Positions 37,916 through 48,215 of a stretch of 64,000 nt of DNA are shown here, piece after piece. This DNA is from an uncultured delta proteobacterium (lineage in GTDB: Bacteria; Desulfobacterota; Syntrophorhabdia; Syntrophorhabdales; WCHB1-27). Every line of letters begins with the position of its first letter. Positions within the stretch are counted from its first letter, which is position 1. The position numbers and the translations under genes were made by a program. The DNA lies in the NCBI GenBank assembly GCA_963729685.1, contig CAVSOX010000018.1, forward strand, positions 80,521 to 144,520. Reading direction: 5' to 3'. Below the pieces are notes generated by a model. The model was not told the origin of the DNA, did not search any database, and saw nothing but the letters and a program-made list of their open reading frames with translations.

Positions 37916-39871
37916 ATGGCAGGCATCCTATTTTCCGCATGGCAGGGAGAAGTGGTCGACAACAGGGGTAAGTCGGACGGCGATTACGCCGTCCCCCTGA
38001 AGCTCGCCGTCCCCGAAGAGTTCGCCTACGAGTCGATAAGGGCGTTCATGGGCTGGGACGGCCTGGTCCTCCGGGACCCGTCCGTCGACGTGGTCGAGAT
38101 GTGCATGCGGTATATAGAGGCGGTCCAGAACGAGTCGTGCGGCAGGTGCGTCCCCTGCCGTGTGGGCACCCGTATCATCCTCGACGTGATGAACAGGATA
38201 GCGGCAGGGCAGGGGAACAAGGCGGACCTCGACAGGATCGCGGGCCTCGCAGGGTATATCAGGGAAGGGTCGAAGTGCCAGATAGGGCAGACCGGCCTCA
38301 ACCCGCTCCTTTCGGCGCTCGAATATTTCAGGGAGGCCTTCGACGCTGCCGTGGAGGAGGGGGTGAAGGGGAGCACCGCCCGCTACCGCGTCTCCGTCAC
38401 CGCGCCGTGCATGAGCGCCTGCCCCACGAAGCTGCGAATACCGGAATATATCGAAGAGATCGCGGAAGAGATGCCCCAGGCCGCCCTCGCCACCATCAGG
38501 AAGGACACCTGCCTGGCGGGCACCCTCGGCCGGGTCTGCGTGAGGCCCTGCGAGTCGAATTGCAGGCGCGCGAACATGGACGAGGCGATCTCGATCAAAT
38601 ACCTGAAGCGGTTTGCCGCGGACTACGAGCTGGAGAAGCAGAGGACGCGCAAAAACCGGCCGGTCGCAGGGCCGCGCGAGCCGGGCAAGAAAGTCGCCGT
38701 CCTGGGCGCGGGCCCCGCGGGCTTGTCGGTGGCCTATTACCTCGCCCAGATGGGCTACGGCGTCACGATATTCGAGCGGCTGCCCGAGCCCGGCGGCATG
38801 GCTGCCGTGGGCATCCCCGACTATCGTCTCCCCAGGGCCGTACTCGGCGGAGAGGTCGATCTCGTGGCCGACTTAGGCGTCGAGATCAGGTACAACACCA
38901 TGGTCGGCAAAGACGTGGCCTTCTCCACCCTCACCGAGGAGTTCGACGCCGTCTTTATCGGCGTGGGCGCTCACCAGAGCACGCCCATGGGCGTCGACGG
39001 CGAAGACAAGGGCTATGCCGGCTTCATTTCGGGCGTCAGCTACCTGCTCGACGTCAACATGGGCAAAGACCCCTATCCTGAAGGGAAAAAGGTGGTCGTC
39101 GTGGGCGGCGGGAACGTCGCCATGGACTGCGTGCGCTCCTCGTTCCGGATCGGGAAGCCCGACGTCAACCTCGTCTACAGGAGGACAAAGGCGGAGATGC
39201 CGGCGGACCCCGTCGAGATACACGACGCGGAGGAAGAGGGCGTCAACTTCCACTACCTCTGCAACCCGAGCCGCATCATCGCGGAGGGCGGCAAGGTCGT
39301 GGCGGTCGAATGCATCAGGATGGAGCTGGGCGAGCCCGACAAGAGCGGCAGGAGAAGACCGGTGCCCGTGCCCGGCTCGGAGTTCGTGATAGAGACGGAC
39401 ATCCTCATCCCCGCCATAGGCCAGGCGGTCGACCTGTCGTTTCTGGACGAGCGGCTCGGGGTGCAGGCGACGAAGTGGCGCACCGTGCTGGTGAACCAGG
39501 AGACCTTCGAGACGTCCCGTCCCGGCGTATTTGCCGCCGGCGACTGCGAGACCGGCCCCGACGTGCTGGTGCGCGCCTGCGGGAACGGGAAGAAGGCGGC
39601 CTACCGGATCGACCAGTACCTGCGCGGCGAGGGGCGGGAGCCTTCCGAGAAGGAGCGCTTCGACGACTTTTTCGCGAAGGTAAAGGTATATAGGAAGGAC
39701 GAGGAGATAGGCATCGCGGGCGGGCAGCCGAGGCTGCACCTGCGCATGCTCGACCCTTCGATAAGGAAATGGACCTTCGACGAGGTGGAGGAAGGGTTCC
39801 GGACGGACGAGGCGATAAGTGAAGCCATGCGGTGCCTGCGCTGCTGGCGCATCGGCATGGTAGCGGTGTAG
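37916..39871 (+). CDS. fusion of the NuoF C-terminal 4Fe-4S domain with a GltD/NfnB-like FAD/NAD(P)H oxidoreductase (SfrB-like), occupying the nuoE/nuoF slot
   Basis: ATG at 37916 (GGAG upstream) in ORF 37898..39871. ESCGRCVPCRVGT...SKCQIGQTG; APCMSACP and RVCVRPCESNCRR; VAVLGAGPAGLS; VVVVGGGNVAMDC; FAAGDC. No NuoF FMN/NADH domain seen. Confidence 0.8.
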   Translation: MAGILFSAWQGEVVDNRGKSDGDYAVPLKLAVPEEFAYESIRAFMGWDGLVLRDPSVDVVEMCMRYIEAVQNESCGRCVPCRVGTRIILDVMNRIAAGQGNKADLDRIAGLAGYIREGSKCQIGQTGLNPLLSALEYFREAFDAAVEEGVKGSTARYRVSVTAPCMSACPTKLRIPEYIEEIAEEMPQAALATIRKDTCLAGTLGRVCVRPCESNCRRANMDEAISIKYLKRFAADYELEKQRTRKNRPVAGPREPGKKVAVLGAGPAGLSVAYYLAQMGYGVTIFERLPEPGGMAAVGIPDYRLPRAVLGGEVDLVADLGVEIRYNTMVGKDVAFSTLTEEFDAVFIGVGAHQSTPMGVDGEDKGYAGFISGVSYLLDVNMGKDPYPEGKKVVVVGGGNVAMDCVRSSFRIGKPDVNLVYRRTKAEMPADPVEIHDAEEEGVNFHYLCNPSRIIAEGGKVVAVECIRMELGEPDKSGRRRPVPVPGSEFVIETDILIPAIGQAVDLSFLDERLGVQATKWRTVLVNQETFETSRPGVFAAGDCETGPDVLVRACGNGKKAAYRIDQYLRGEGREPSEKERFDDFFAKVKVYRKDEEIGIAGGQPRLHLRMLDPSIRKWTFDEVEEGFRTDEAISEAMRCLRCWRIGMVAV

Positions 39872-39880
39872 AAGGCTTTT

Positions 39881-39933
39881 GTGAGCGGGGAGGCTCCATC
39901 AGCTTAGCTGATGGAGGGGGTGCTGAACCCCAA
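39881..39933 (+). repeat. REP-like element, copy 4
   Basis: gtgagcggggaggctccatcagcttagctgatggagggggtgctgaaccccaa. The stem is ctccatcagc/gctgatggag, differing from copy 3 by a paired G-to-C and C-to-G change. Confidence 0.85.
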
Positions 39934-39947
39934 TCTAGAGGGCGTAA

Positions 39948-42332
39948 ATGGTACGGTTGACGATAGACGGAAACGCGATAGAGACGGCCGAAGGCAGGAC
40001 GATCCTGGAGGCGGCCAGGGAGCACGGGATCTATATCCCCACCCTCTGCTACCACGCAAACCTCCTCTCCATCGGCTCCTGCCGTATCTGTCTCGTCGAG
40101 GTGGAGGGGTACGGCCTGCCCATGGTCTCATGCGCCACCGCCGTGCAGGAAGGCATGTCCGTCACCACGCAGTCTGCGAGGCTCGTCTCGATGAGGCGGG
40201 ATTATCTGAAGCTGATCCTCGCCTACCATCCCCTCGACTGCCCCATCTGCGACGCGGGCGGGGAGTGCGACCTCCAGGACCTGGTCTTCGAGCACGCGAT
40301 CGAGAAGGCCGACTATCAGGTGGCGCGCGAGCAGCGGATCGAGGGCTACGCGACACCCCTGATCAGGTACTTCGAAAACCGCTGCGTCCTCTGCCTGCGC
40401 TGCATCCGCGCGTGCAGGGAGATATCGGGCCGCATCGTCCTCGACCTCGTGGGGACCGGGATAGATGCCCGGATGGCGCCCACGAACGCGAAGAACTGCA
40501 TCTCCTGCGGCGAGTGCCTCTCCGTCTGCCCCGTGGGGGCCCTCACCGAGAACCTGAGCCCCGTGAAGGCGCGGCTGTGGCAGGTGGAGCGCCATCTCAC
40601 CACGTGCCCCCACTGCGGCTTCGGCTGCACCTTCGCCCTCGACGTGACGGCCAAGGGGTACGTGACGGACGTGATCCAGGACGTCAAGAACATGCCGAAC
40701 CGAGGCTCCCTGTGCGTCATGGGCAGGTTCGGGTACGACTTCGTGAACCATGAGGCCCGCATCCGGCGAAGGGACGGAACAACGGCGCCGGGATCGGCCT
40801 TGCCGAGGCCGCGTCCGTCGCGGTCGAGCGCATGACCGCCCTCGACAGGGAAGGGAAGACCATAGGGTTTGTCGTCTCCCCCAGGGCCACGAACGAAGAG
40901 ATCTTCATGCTGAAAGAGATCGCCGGCCGTCTCAAAAAGGTCGCTCTTCGCCACCTCCGGCTTCTACCACACGGGCAGGGTCCTGGAGGCATACCGCCGC
41001 ATGGGCCTCTCCTACCCCTACGAGTACGACCGGCTCCTCGATGCCGACCTGATCATCGTCGCGGGGGCCAACCTGCTCTCGAACAACCATCTGCTGGGCG
41101 ACAGGGTGCGGGATGCCTACAAGCTGCGGGGCAGCCGGATCATGGTGGTCGACCCTGCGCCGACGGCGCTCATCCGCCATCGCGGATGCGCACCTTTCGG
41201 TCCTCCCGGGGAGCGACGCCGCCCTCTTCGACGCCCTCAAGGGGGCCCTCCGGGGCCTCAAACGAAAAGGTCGGCTTCGATGCGGCCTGCGAGAGGTGCG
41301 GGATCGCAGCCGGACGACGCTCGGGCGCGCAGCCGCGCTTGTCAGCAAGGCGGCCAATATCGCGGTCATCTTCGGCTCCGGGATATCCGCGTGCGGCGAG
41401 AGCTTGATGAGCCTCCTCGACTTCTGCGCGGCCGCAGGATCGGATAAGAAAGGGCTCGTCATGCCCGTCGCAAGGGCGGCCAACGCGGTCGGCGCCGCCT
41501 CCATCCTCGGCGCCGCCCTCGCGCCCGATGAGCTTATGGCAAACCCGGACGTCAAAGGCCTCTTCTTCTATGAGGAGGACCCCTTCCACTACATGAGCGG
41601 GGAAGCGGTCATGAGTCTCCTTCAGGGGAAGGAGTTCGTCCTTGCCGCCGATGCCTTTCCAACCGGTGTGACGATTCGTGCCGACCTGGTCGTGCCCACG
41701 GGCGTCTTCACCGAGAAAGAAGGCACATTCTTTGCGGGCGACGGCGGTGTCAGGTACCTCTCGATGGCGGTCGACTGCGGCCAGGGCCCGGTACGCGGGC
41801 TTTGCCTTCCTCTCAGGCGTGCTCGCGGGCTTAGGCGGCGCGTCGTTTTCCGCCCCCCATGACGTGACCGCGTACATGCGGTCAAAGGGGCTGATCCGGC
41901 GCGTCGACGGCAGGGAAGAGCCGGGGTCCGACAGCGACCGCGCGGCGGGACCGGCATCATCCGGCGGCACGGCCGTCATCCCTTCGGCAGGCGGCTACAT
42001 CCTGATCGTGAGGGACGTATTCAGCAACCATCACCTGGCGGGCGCCGAGGCCTATTCGAAAGGGGTCTCGACCGTCTATCGCCACCCGGGTTTTCCGGTC
42101 TCCGAGGATAAGCTCTTTTTTTCGGCGGCCGACGCCGCAGGCCATGGGTCTCGCGGAAGGCGACGTGGTCCGACTTACATCGAAAAGCGGCGCCCTCGAC
42201 AAGCCGCTCTCCATAAAGGAGGGCTTGAGGCCCGGCGTGCTCGAATATATCGTGTTCAGGGACCGGCCGGATGTGCTCGGCCTCATGGAAGCTCCGGCGA
42301 AATGGATCGAGGTAAAGGTGGAGAAAGGGTGA
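39948..42332 (+). CDS. nuoG: NuoG / SfrA-like (molybdopterin-oxidoreductase-fold) Fe-S subunit; at least 5 frameshifts in this assembly
   Basis: ORFs 39948..40835, 40832..41407, 41001..41447, 41113..41862, 41678..42337 and 42144..42332 read consecutively. 2Fe-2S CYHANLLSIGSCRICLVEV, HPLDCPICDAGGEC, CVLCLRCIRAC, CISCGECLSVCP, CPHCGFGCTF, then TIGFVVSPRATNEE, DLIIVAGANL, VLAADAFPT, MGLAEGDVVRLTS. Breaks lie near 40777, 40938, 41170, 41788 and 42138, possibly more at 41265-41330. Confidence 0.8.
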
Positions 42333-42333
42333 G

Positions 42334-43339
42334 ATGATGGAGACGCTATTCTTTCCCATAGAAGCCCTGGTGAAGACCATCGTCGTCGTCTCGGTCCTCA
42401 TGCTCTTCGTTGCCTACCTGACCCTGGCGGAGAGAAAGGTGCTGGGCAGGCTCCAGGTCCGGTTCGGGCCGAACAGGGTCGGTCCTTACGGGCTCCTCCA
42501 GCCCATAGCCGACGGCATAAAGTCGTTCACGAAGGAAGATATCATCCCGGCGAATGCGGACAAGCCCCTCTTCGTCCTCGCGCCCATGATCGCCCTGTTT
42601 TCCGCCCTCTCCCTGTTCGCGGTCATCCCCTTCGGCGGCACGATCCACGTTTTCGGGCGGGCCGTCAAGCTGGTCATCGGGGACGTCGATATAGGCCTGC
42701 TCTACGTCTTTGCCTTTGCCACCCTCGGCGAGTACGGCATCGTCCTGGGCGGCTGGTCCTCGGGCAATAAATACGGCGTCCTCGGCTCTTTGCGGGCCGC
42801 GGCGCAGATGATAAGCTACGAGGTCTCCCTCGGCCTCATCGTGATGGGCACGCTCATCCTCGCGGGTTCCTTGAGGCTGACGGATATCGTCGAGGCGCAG
42901 AGGCAGCATGTGGTTCGTGGTCTACCAGCCCTTCGCGTTCTTTCTCTACCTCGTTGCGGGCCTCGCCGAGATCAACAGGACGCCCTTCGACATGCCCGAG
43001 GCGGAGAGCGAGCTGGCGTGCGGCTTCAATATCGAGTACAGCAGCATGAAATTCGCCCTTTTCTTCATGGCGGAATACGCCCATATGGTGGCTGTCGCGG
43101 CCCTTGCGACCACGCTTTTCCTGGGCGGCTGGCTCGGACCCTTTTCTTCAACTCTGCCCGGCCTCGGCCCTTTATGGTTCTTTATCAAGGTGTGCGTGCT
43201 GGTATTCTTTTTCATCTGGGAGAGGGGCACGTTCCCACGGCTCCGGTACGACCAGATCATGCAGTTCGGCTGGAAGGTGCTCTTCCCGCTCGCCCTGGCG
43301 AATGTGGTCGTCACGGCGCTCGTGGTGGCGTTGAGGTGA
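42334..43339 (+). CDS. nuoH: NADH-quinone oxidoreductase subunit H, frameshifted near 42906
   Basis: ORF 42334..43350 ([31 protein letters not shown]) continues in ORF 42908..43339 ([18 protein letters not shown]). Confidence 0.85.
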
Positions 43340-43346
43340 TGAGCGT

Positions 43347-43760
43347 ATGATCATACCCCTTCTGAAAGGTCTTCGTCTGACGCTGTCGCGCTTCTTTTCG
43401 CGGCCCATCACCATCCAGTACCCGGAAGAGAAGCGCACCCCCCCGCCCAGGTGGAGGGGCATGCACTATTTCCGGAAAGACGCATCCGGCAACACCACCT
43501 GCGTTGCCTGCGGCCTCTGCGTCGCCGTCTGCCCCTCCCGGTGCATCTCCCTGGAGATAGGCGAGGCCGAGGACGGGCGGAGGTACCCGAGGCACTACGA
43601 GATAGACGAGCTCCGGTGCATCTTCTGCGGGTATTGCCAGGAGGCGTGCCCGGTCAACGCCATCAAGCTCGGAGGCGGCTTCGAATACGTGAAATACCAG
43701 AGGTCCGATTTCATCCTGACGACGGAGAAGCTGCTTGCCATGTACGAGGGGAAGGAATGA
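43347..43760 (+). CDS. nuoI: NADH-quinone oxidoreductase subunit I
   Basis: Two ferredoxin motifs, CVACGLCVAVCP and CIFCGYCQEACP. Confidence 0.9.
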   Translation: MIIPLLKGLRLTLSRFFSRPITIQYPEEKRTPPPRWRGMHYFRKDASGNTTCVACGLCVAVCPSRCISLEIGEAEDGRRYPRHYEIDELRCIFCGYCQEACPVNAIKLGGGFEYVKYQRSDFILTTEKLLAMYEGKE

Positions 43761-44292
43761 GCGACATCGGTTTCATCAATCCCTTGTTCCAGTGGGCCGT
43801 CTTCCTCGTCGCCGGCCTCGCTTTGCCTCGTCGCGTCCCTCATGATGGTGACGCGCCGGAACCCGATACACAGCGCCCTCTGGCTGATCGTCGCCTTTTT
43901 CTCCCTGGCGGTCATCTACCTGACCCTGAACGCCCAGTTCATCGCGGTGGCACAGGTCATCGTCTACTCGGGCGCCATCATGATGCTCATCATCTTCGTC
44001 ATCATGCTGATCCACCTGGAAAGCGAGTTCGTCCGGAAGAGGAAGCTGTCCGGGCCGAAGGCCATCGGCGCGTTCATTACCGCGATCCTCTTCCTGGAGA
44101 TTGCGGCGGTTGTCCTCTCATTCGGCGGCAGGACGGCCAAGGCAGGGGCGGGGGCGAGCGCTGACGGGCAGCGTGGCCGAGGTGGGGGCCTCCCTCTACG
44201 GCAAATACCTCTTCCCCTTCGAGATCGCCTCCATCCTGCTTTTGATCGGCATCGTGGGGGCCGTGGTGCTCGCCCGGCGGGGGAAGGATTAG
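43757..44292 (+). CDS. nuoJ: NADH-quinone oxidoreductase subunit J, frameshifted near 43825 and 44155
   Basis: [22 protein letters not shown] (ATGA overlap with nuoI), then [20 protein letters not shown]...[18 protein letters not shown], then [26 protein letters not shown], in three frames. Confidence 0.8.
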
Positions 44293-44300
44293 GAGAGCCT

Positions 44301-44612
44301 ATGCTGCACGGGATACCGACCGGTTTCTATTTCGCGCTCTCCGGCGCACTTTTCACCATAGGTGCGATCGGCGTCATCACCAGGCGGAACGCGATCGTCG
44401 TCTTCATGTGCATCGAGCTTATGCTGAACGGCGTCAACCTGACTTTCATCGCGGCGGGGAACATGCTCAATTCGATAGACGGCATGATCTTCGTCTTTTT
44501 CATCATGACGGTGGCGGCCGCGGAGGCCGCGATAGGACTCGCCATATTCGTGCTCCTCTTCAGGCTTAAAGGGACCGTCAACGTGGACGAGATCAATCTG
44601 CTCAAGGGTTAG
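44301..44612 (+). CDS. nuoK: NADH-quinone oxidoreductase subunit K
   Basis: ATG at 44301 gives [47 protein letters not shown]. Confidence 0.9.
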   Translation: MLHGIPTGFYFALSGALFTIGAIGVITRRNAIVVFMCIELMLNGVNLTFIAAGNMLNSIDGMIFVFFIMTVAAAEAAIGLAIFVLLFRLKGTVNVDEINLLKG

Positions 44613-46595
44613 GTGATGGCTGATTATATCTGGCTCATACCGGTATTTCCCGCAATCGGCTTCCTCGTCAACGGCTTTATTGGGCGCAAGCTGCCGAAGG
44701 CCCTTGTCTCGTGGATCGCCTGCCTCGCCCTGTTTGCGTCGTTCGTGGTCTCGGCCCTGATCTTCATCGAGTTCTTGAAGCTCCCCCCGGAGGCGAGGCT
44801 TTTCGAGAAGAACGTCTACACCTGGATCGCATCCGGTGAGTTCGCGGCCAGCGTCGGTTTCAGGATCGATTCGCTCTCCATCGTCATGTGCCTCGTCGTC
44901 TCGGGCGTCGGCTTCCTCATCCACGTCTACTCCGCCGGCTACATGCACGACGATGAAGGCTTCGCCCGGTATTTCACCTACCTGAACCTGTTCGTCTTCA
45001 TGATGCTCACCCTCGTGACGGCGAATAACCTGCTCCTCATGTTTGTCGGCTGGGAAGGGGTGGGCCTGTGCTCCTACCTGCTCATCGGTTTCTGGTACAA
45101 GAAGGACAGCGCGGCCAACGCGGGGAAGAAGGCGTTCATCGTCAACAGGATAGGCGACTTCGGCTTTCTCCTCGGCATCTTCTTCCTGCTCACGAGCCTC
45201 GGCAGCCACGGCGTCTGGACCCTCGACTTCGGCGAGCTGCAGAAGAACGCCCATCTCCTGACAGGCGCCGCGGCAACGGTGATCACCCTCTTGTTCTTCG
45301 TGGGCGCGACGGGGAAATCCGCGCAGCTCCCCCTCTATGTCTGGCTCCCCGACGCCATGGAAGGCCCCACGCCCGTCAGCTCGCTGATCCACGCGGCCAC
45401 GATGGTCACGGCAGGGGTCTACATGATCGCGAGGCTCAATTTCCTCTATGTCATGGCCCCCACCACCATGTTCGTCGTCACATTGGTCGGCGTGCTCACC
45501 GCCCTGTTCGCGGCGACCATCGGCTGCGCCCAGTATGACATCAAGAGGGTGCTCGCCTATTCGACGGTAAGCCAGTTGGGCTACATGTTCGTCGGCGTCG
45601 GCGCGGGCGCTTTCGCGGCGGGCATCTTCCACCTCATGACCCATGCCTTCTTCAAGGGGCTCCTCTTCCTCGCCGCGGGCAGCGTGATGCACGCCATGAG
45701 CGGCGAGCTCGACATGAGGAAGATGGGGGGCTTGCGGAAGCGGACGCCGGTCACCTACTGGACCTTTCTGGCCGGCTGCATCGCCATCGCCGGCGTGCCC
45801 GGCTTCTCCGGGTTTTTCAGCAAGGACGAGATCATGTGGAAGGTCTTCGCCAACTACGGCGGCAGCCTCGTCTTCTGGGGGATCGGGGCGCTGACCGCGG
45901 GGCTCACCGCCTTCTACATGTTCAGGATGTTCTTCACGACCTTCCACGGCGAATGCCGGGCGCCGGAAGAGGTGAAGCACCATATCCACGAGTCCCCGCC
46001 CGTCATGACCATACCGCTCGTCATCCTGGCCGTGCTCTCGGTGGTGGGCGGCTGGGTCGGCGTGCCCCACATACTGGGAGGGGCGAACAGGTTCGAGCAG
46101 TGGCTCGAGCCGGTCTTCGGCCCCGGGAAAGAGGCAGCGGCGCCTGCGCTCAACCTCGTCACCCCCGCCTTCGCGGAAGGCGCGCGCGGCGCATGCGTCG
46201 TCACCCGAGGGCATGCTCATGGCCGCCGCCGTGATCATCGCCTTCGCGGGCATCTTCATCGCCTACTACTTCTACATCAAGCACCCGGAGATCCCCGTCA
46301 ACTTCGTGCGGGCCTTTCCGGGGGTCTTCAGGACGGTGAACAACAAGTACTACGTGGACGAGCTCTACCAGGCGGTCTTCGTGCGGGGGCTTTTCGCCCT
46401 CGGCCGCTTTTTCAAAGGGGTGGTCGACGAGGTCGCTCATCGACGGCACAATAAACGGGCTCGCGTGGCTCATTCGGCGGCATCGGCAGTCTCATCAGGC
46501 TCTTCCAGACGGGATACGTGCAGGGCTATGCCTTCGCCATGATCATCGGCGCGATCGCCGTGCTCGGCTATCTTATTATGAAGGTTATCTTGTAG
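44613..46595 (+). CDS. nuoL: NADH-quinone oxidoreductase subunit L; C-terminal region frameshifted near 46185, 46437 and 46480
   Basis: ORF 44613..46454 (GTG at 44613 or ATG at 44616) with WEGVGLCSYLLIGFW and LIHAATMVTAGVY. The tail is recovered from ORF 46213..46542 and a third frame ending GYAFAMIIGAIAVLGYLIMKVIL, with stop at 46593-46595. Confidence 0.85.
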
Positions 46596-46634
46596 GTGCT
46601 ATGAACAGCGTCTGAATTTCCGATCTTAAGCACG

Positions 46635-48215
46635 TTGATCTACCTTCCCCTCCTCGGCGCGGTGCTGCTCCTCTTCGTGAACAGGAGACACGAGCTGTTC
46701 ATCAAGGTCTTCACCCTCGTCTTCACCCTCGTCGAGTTCGGCGTCTCCCTGCCCCTCTTCTTCCTCTTCAACGAGAAGGCGCAGGGCATGCAGTTCGTCG
46801 AAAAGGCGGCGTGGTTCCCCGAATGGGGCATGAGCTATTTTCTGGGCATCGACGGCATCAGCCTGCTCCTCGTGCTCCTCACCACGTTCCTCACGGTCCT
46901 TTGCGTGCTCGTCTCCTGGAAGGCGATAGAGGCCAGGGTGAAGGAATACTACATCACCTTCCTCTTTCTGGAGACGGCCATGATCGGGACCTTGTGCGCC
47001 CTCGACCTGGTCCTCTTCTATATCTTCTGGGAGCTGATGCTCATCCCCATGTACCTCCTCATCGGCATCTGGGGCGGCCCGAGGAGGATATACGCGGCCA
47101 TCAAGTTCTTCCTCTTCACCATGGTCGGGAGCGTCCTGATGCTGCTCGCGATCTTCGTCCTCTATTTCCATTACGCGAAGACGACCGGCGTCGCCACCTT
47201 CAACGTCCTCGACCTCTACCACGCGACCGTGCCTGTCGGCCTCCAGTACTGGCTGTTTGCCGCCTTCGCCCTCTCTTTCGCCATCAAGGTGCCCATGTTC
47301 CCGGTCCACACGTGGCTCCCCGACGCGCATACCGAGGCGCCCACCGCGGGCAGCGTCATCCTCGCAGGCGTGCTCCTGAAGATGGGGACCTACGGGTTCT
47401 TGCGGTTCGCGATACCGCTCTTTCCGAAGGCAGCGATCGACGCGATCCCCCTGATCTCGATCCTCGCCGTCATCGGCATCATCTACGGCGCGATCGTGAG
47501 CATGATGCAGCCCGACCTGAAGCGGCTCATCGCCTTCTCCAGCGTGAGCCACCTGGGCTACGTGATGCTCGGCATGTTCGCGTTCAATATGCAGGGCCTC
47601 CAGGGGTCCATCTACCAGATGCTCAACCACGGCATCAGCACGGGCGGGCTGTTTCTTTTGGTCGGCATGGTCTACGAGAGGCGCCACACGAGGATGATCG
47701 CCGATTTCGGCGGGCTGTCGGCCTCGATGCCCCTCTTCGCCATCTTTTTCATGATCGTGACCCTCTCCTCCATCGCCTTACCCGGCACGAACGGCTTCGT
47801 CGGCGAATTCCTCATACTCCTCGGCGCCTTCAAGTCGGTCAAGCTGTACGGCATCCTCGGCACCATAGGGGTGGTGCTGGGCGCGGTCTACATGCTCTGG
47901 ATGTTCCAGCGGGTCATGTTCGGCGAGATCACGAAGGAGGAGAACAGGAAGGTGAAGGACCTGGGCGGAAGAGAGGTGCTGATCCTCTGCTCCGTGGTCT
48001 TCTTCATCGTCCTCATGGGCGTCTATCCCCGGATGTTCTTCAAGAAGATGGATACGTCCGTCGAGGGGTTCCTGAAGTTCGTGAAAGAGAGGAACGCCTA
48101 TTACGAGACCATGGAAAAGGCGCCGGCCGCCCATGCCGGCCGCTACGGGTTGTCGGGCGCCGCCGCCGCGGCCTATCCGGCTGATCCCGGCCGGCGGTCG
48201 CGAGAGGTCGAATGA
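46635..48215 (+). CDS. nuoM: NADH-quinone oxidoreductase subunit M
   Basis: ORF 46635..48215 (TTG). An ATG at 46601 (MNSV) is one base out of frame, so the true N-terminus may be MNS..FPILSTLIYLPLLG with a further indel near 46610. Confidence 0.9.
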   Translation: MIYLPLLGAVLLLFVNRRHELFIKVFTLVFTLVEFGVSLPLFFLFNEKAQGMQFVEKAAWFPEWGMSYFLGIDGISLLLVLLTTFLTVLCVLVSWKAIEARVKEYYITFLFLETAMIGTLCALDLVLFYIFWELMLIPMYLLIGIWGGPRRIYAAIKFFLFTMVGSVLMLLAIFVLYFHYAKTTGVATFNVLDLYHATVPVGLQYWLFAAFALSFAIKVPMFPVHTWLPDAHTEAPTAGSVILAGVLLKMGTYGFLRFAIPLFPKAAIDAIPLISILAVIGIIYGAIVSMMQPDLKRLIAFSSVSHLGYVMLGMFAFNMQGLQGSIYQMLNHGISTGGLFLLVGMVYERRHTRMIADFGGLSASMPLFAIFFMIVTLSSIALPGTNGFVGEFLILLGAFKSVKLYGILGTIGVVLGAVYMLWMFQRVMFGEITKEENRKVKDLGGREVLILCSVVFFIVLMGVYPRMFFKKMDTSVEGFLKFVKERNAYYETMEKAPAAHAGRYGLSGAAAAAYPADPGRRSREVE

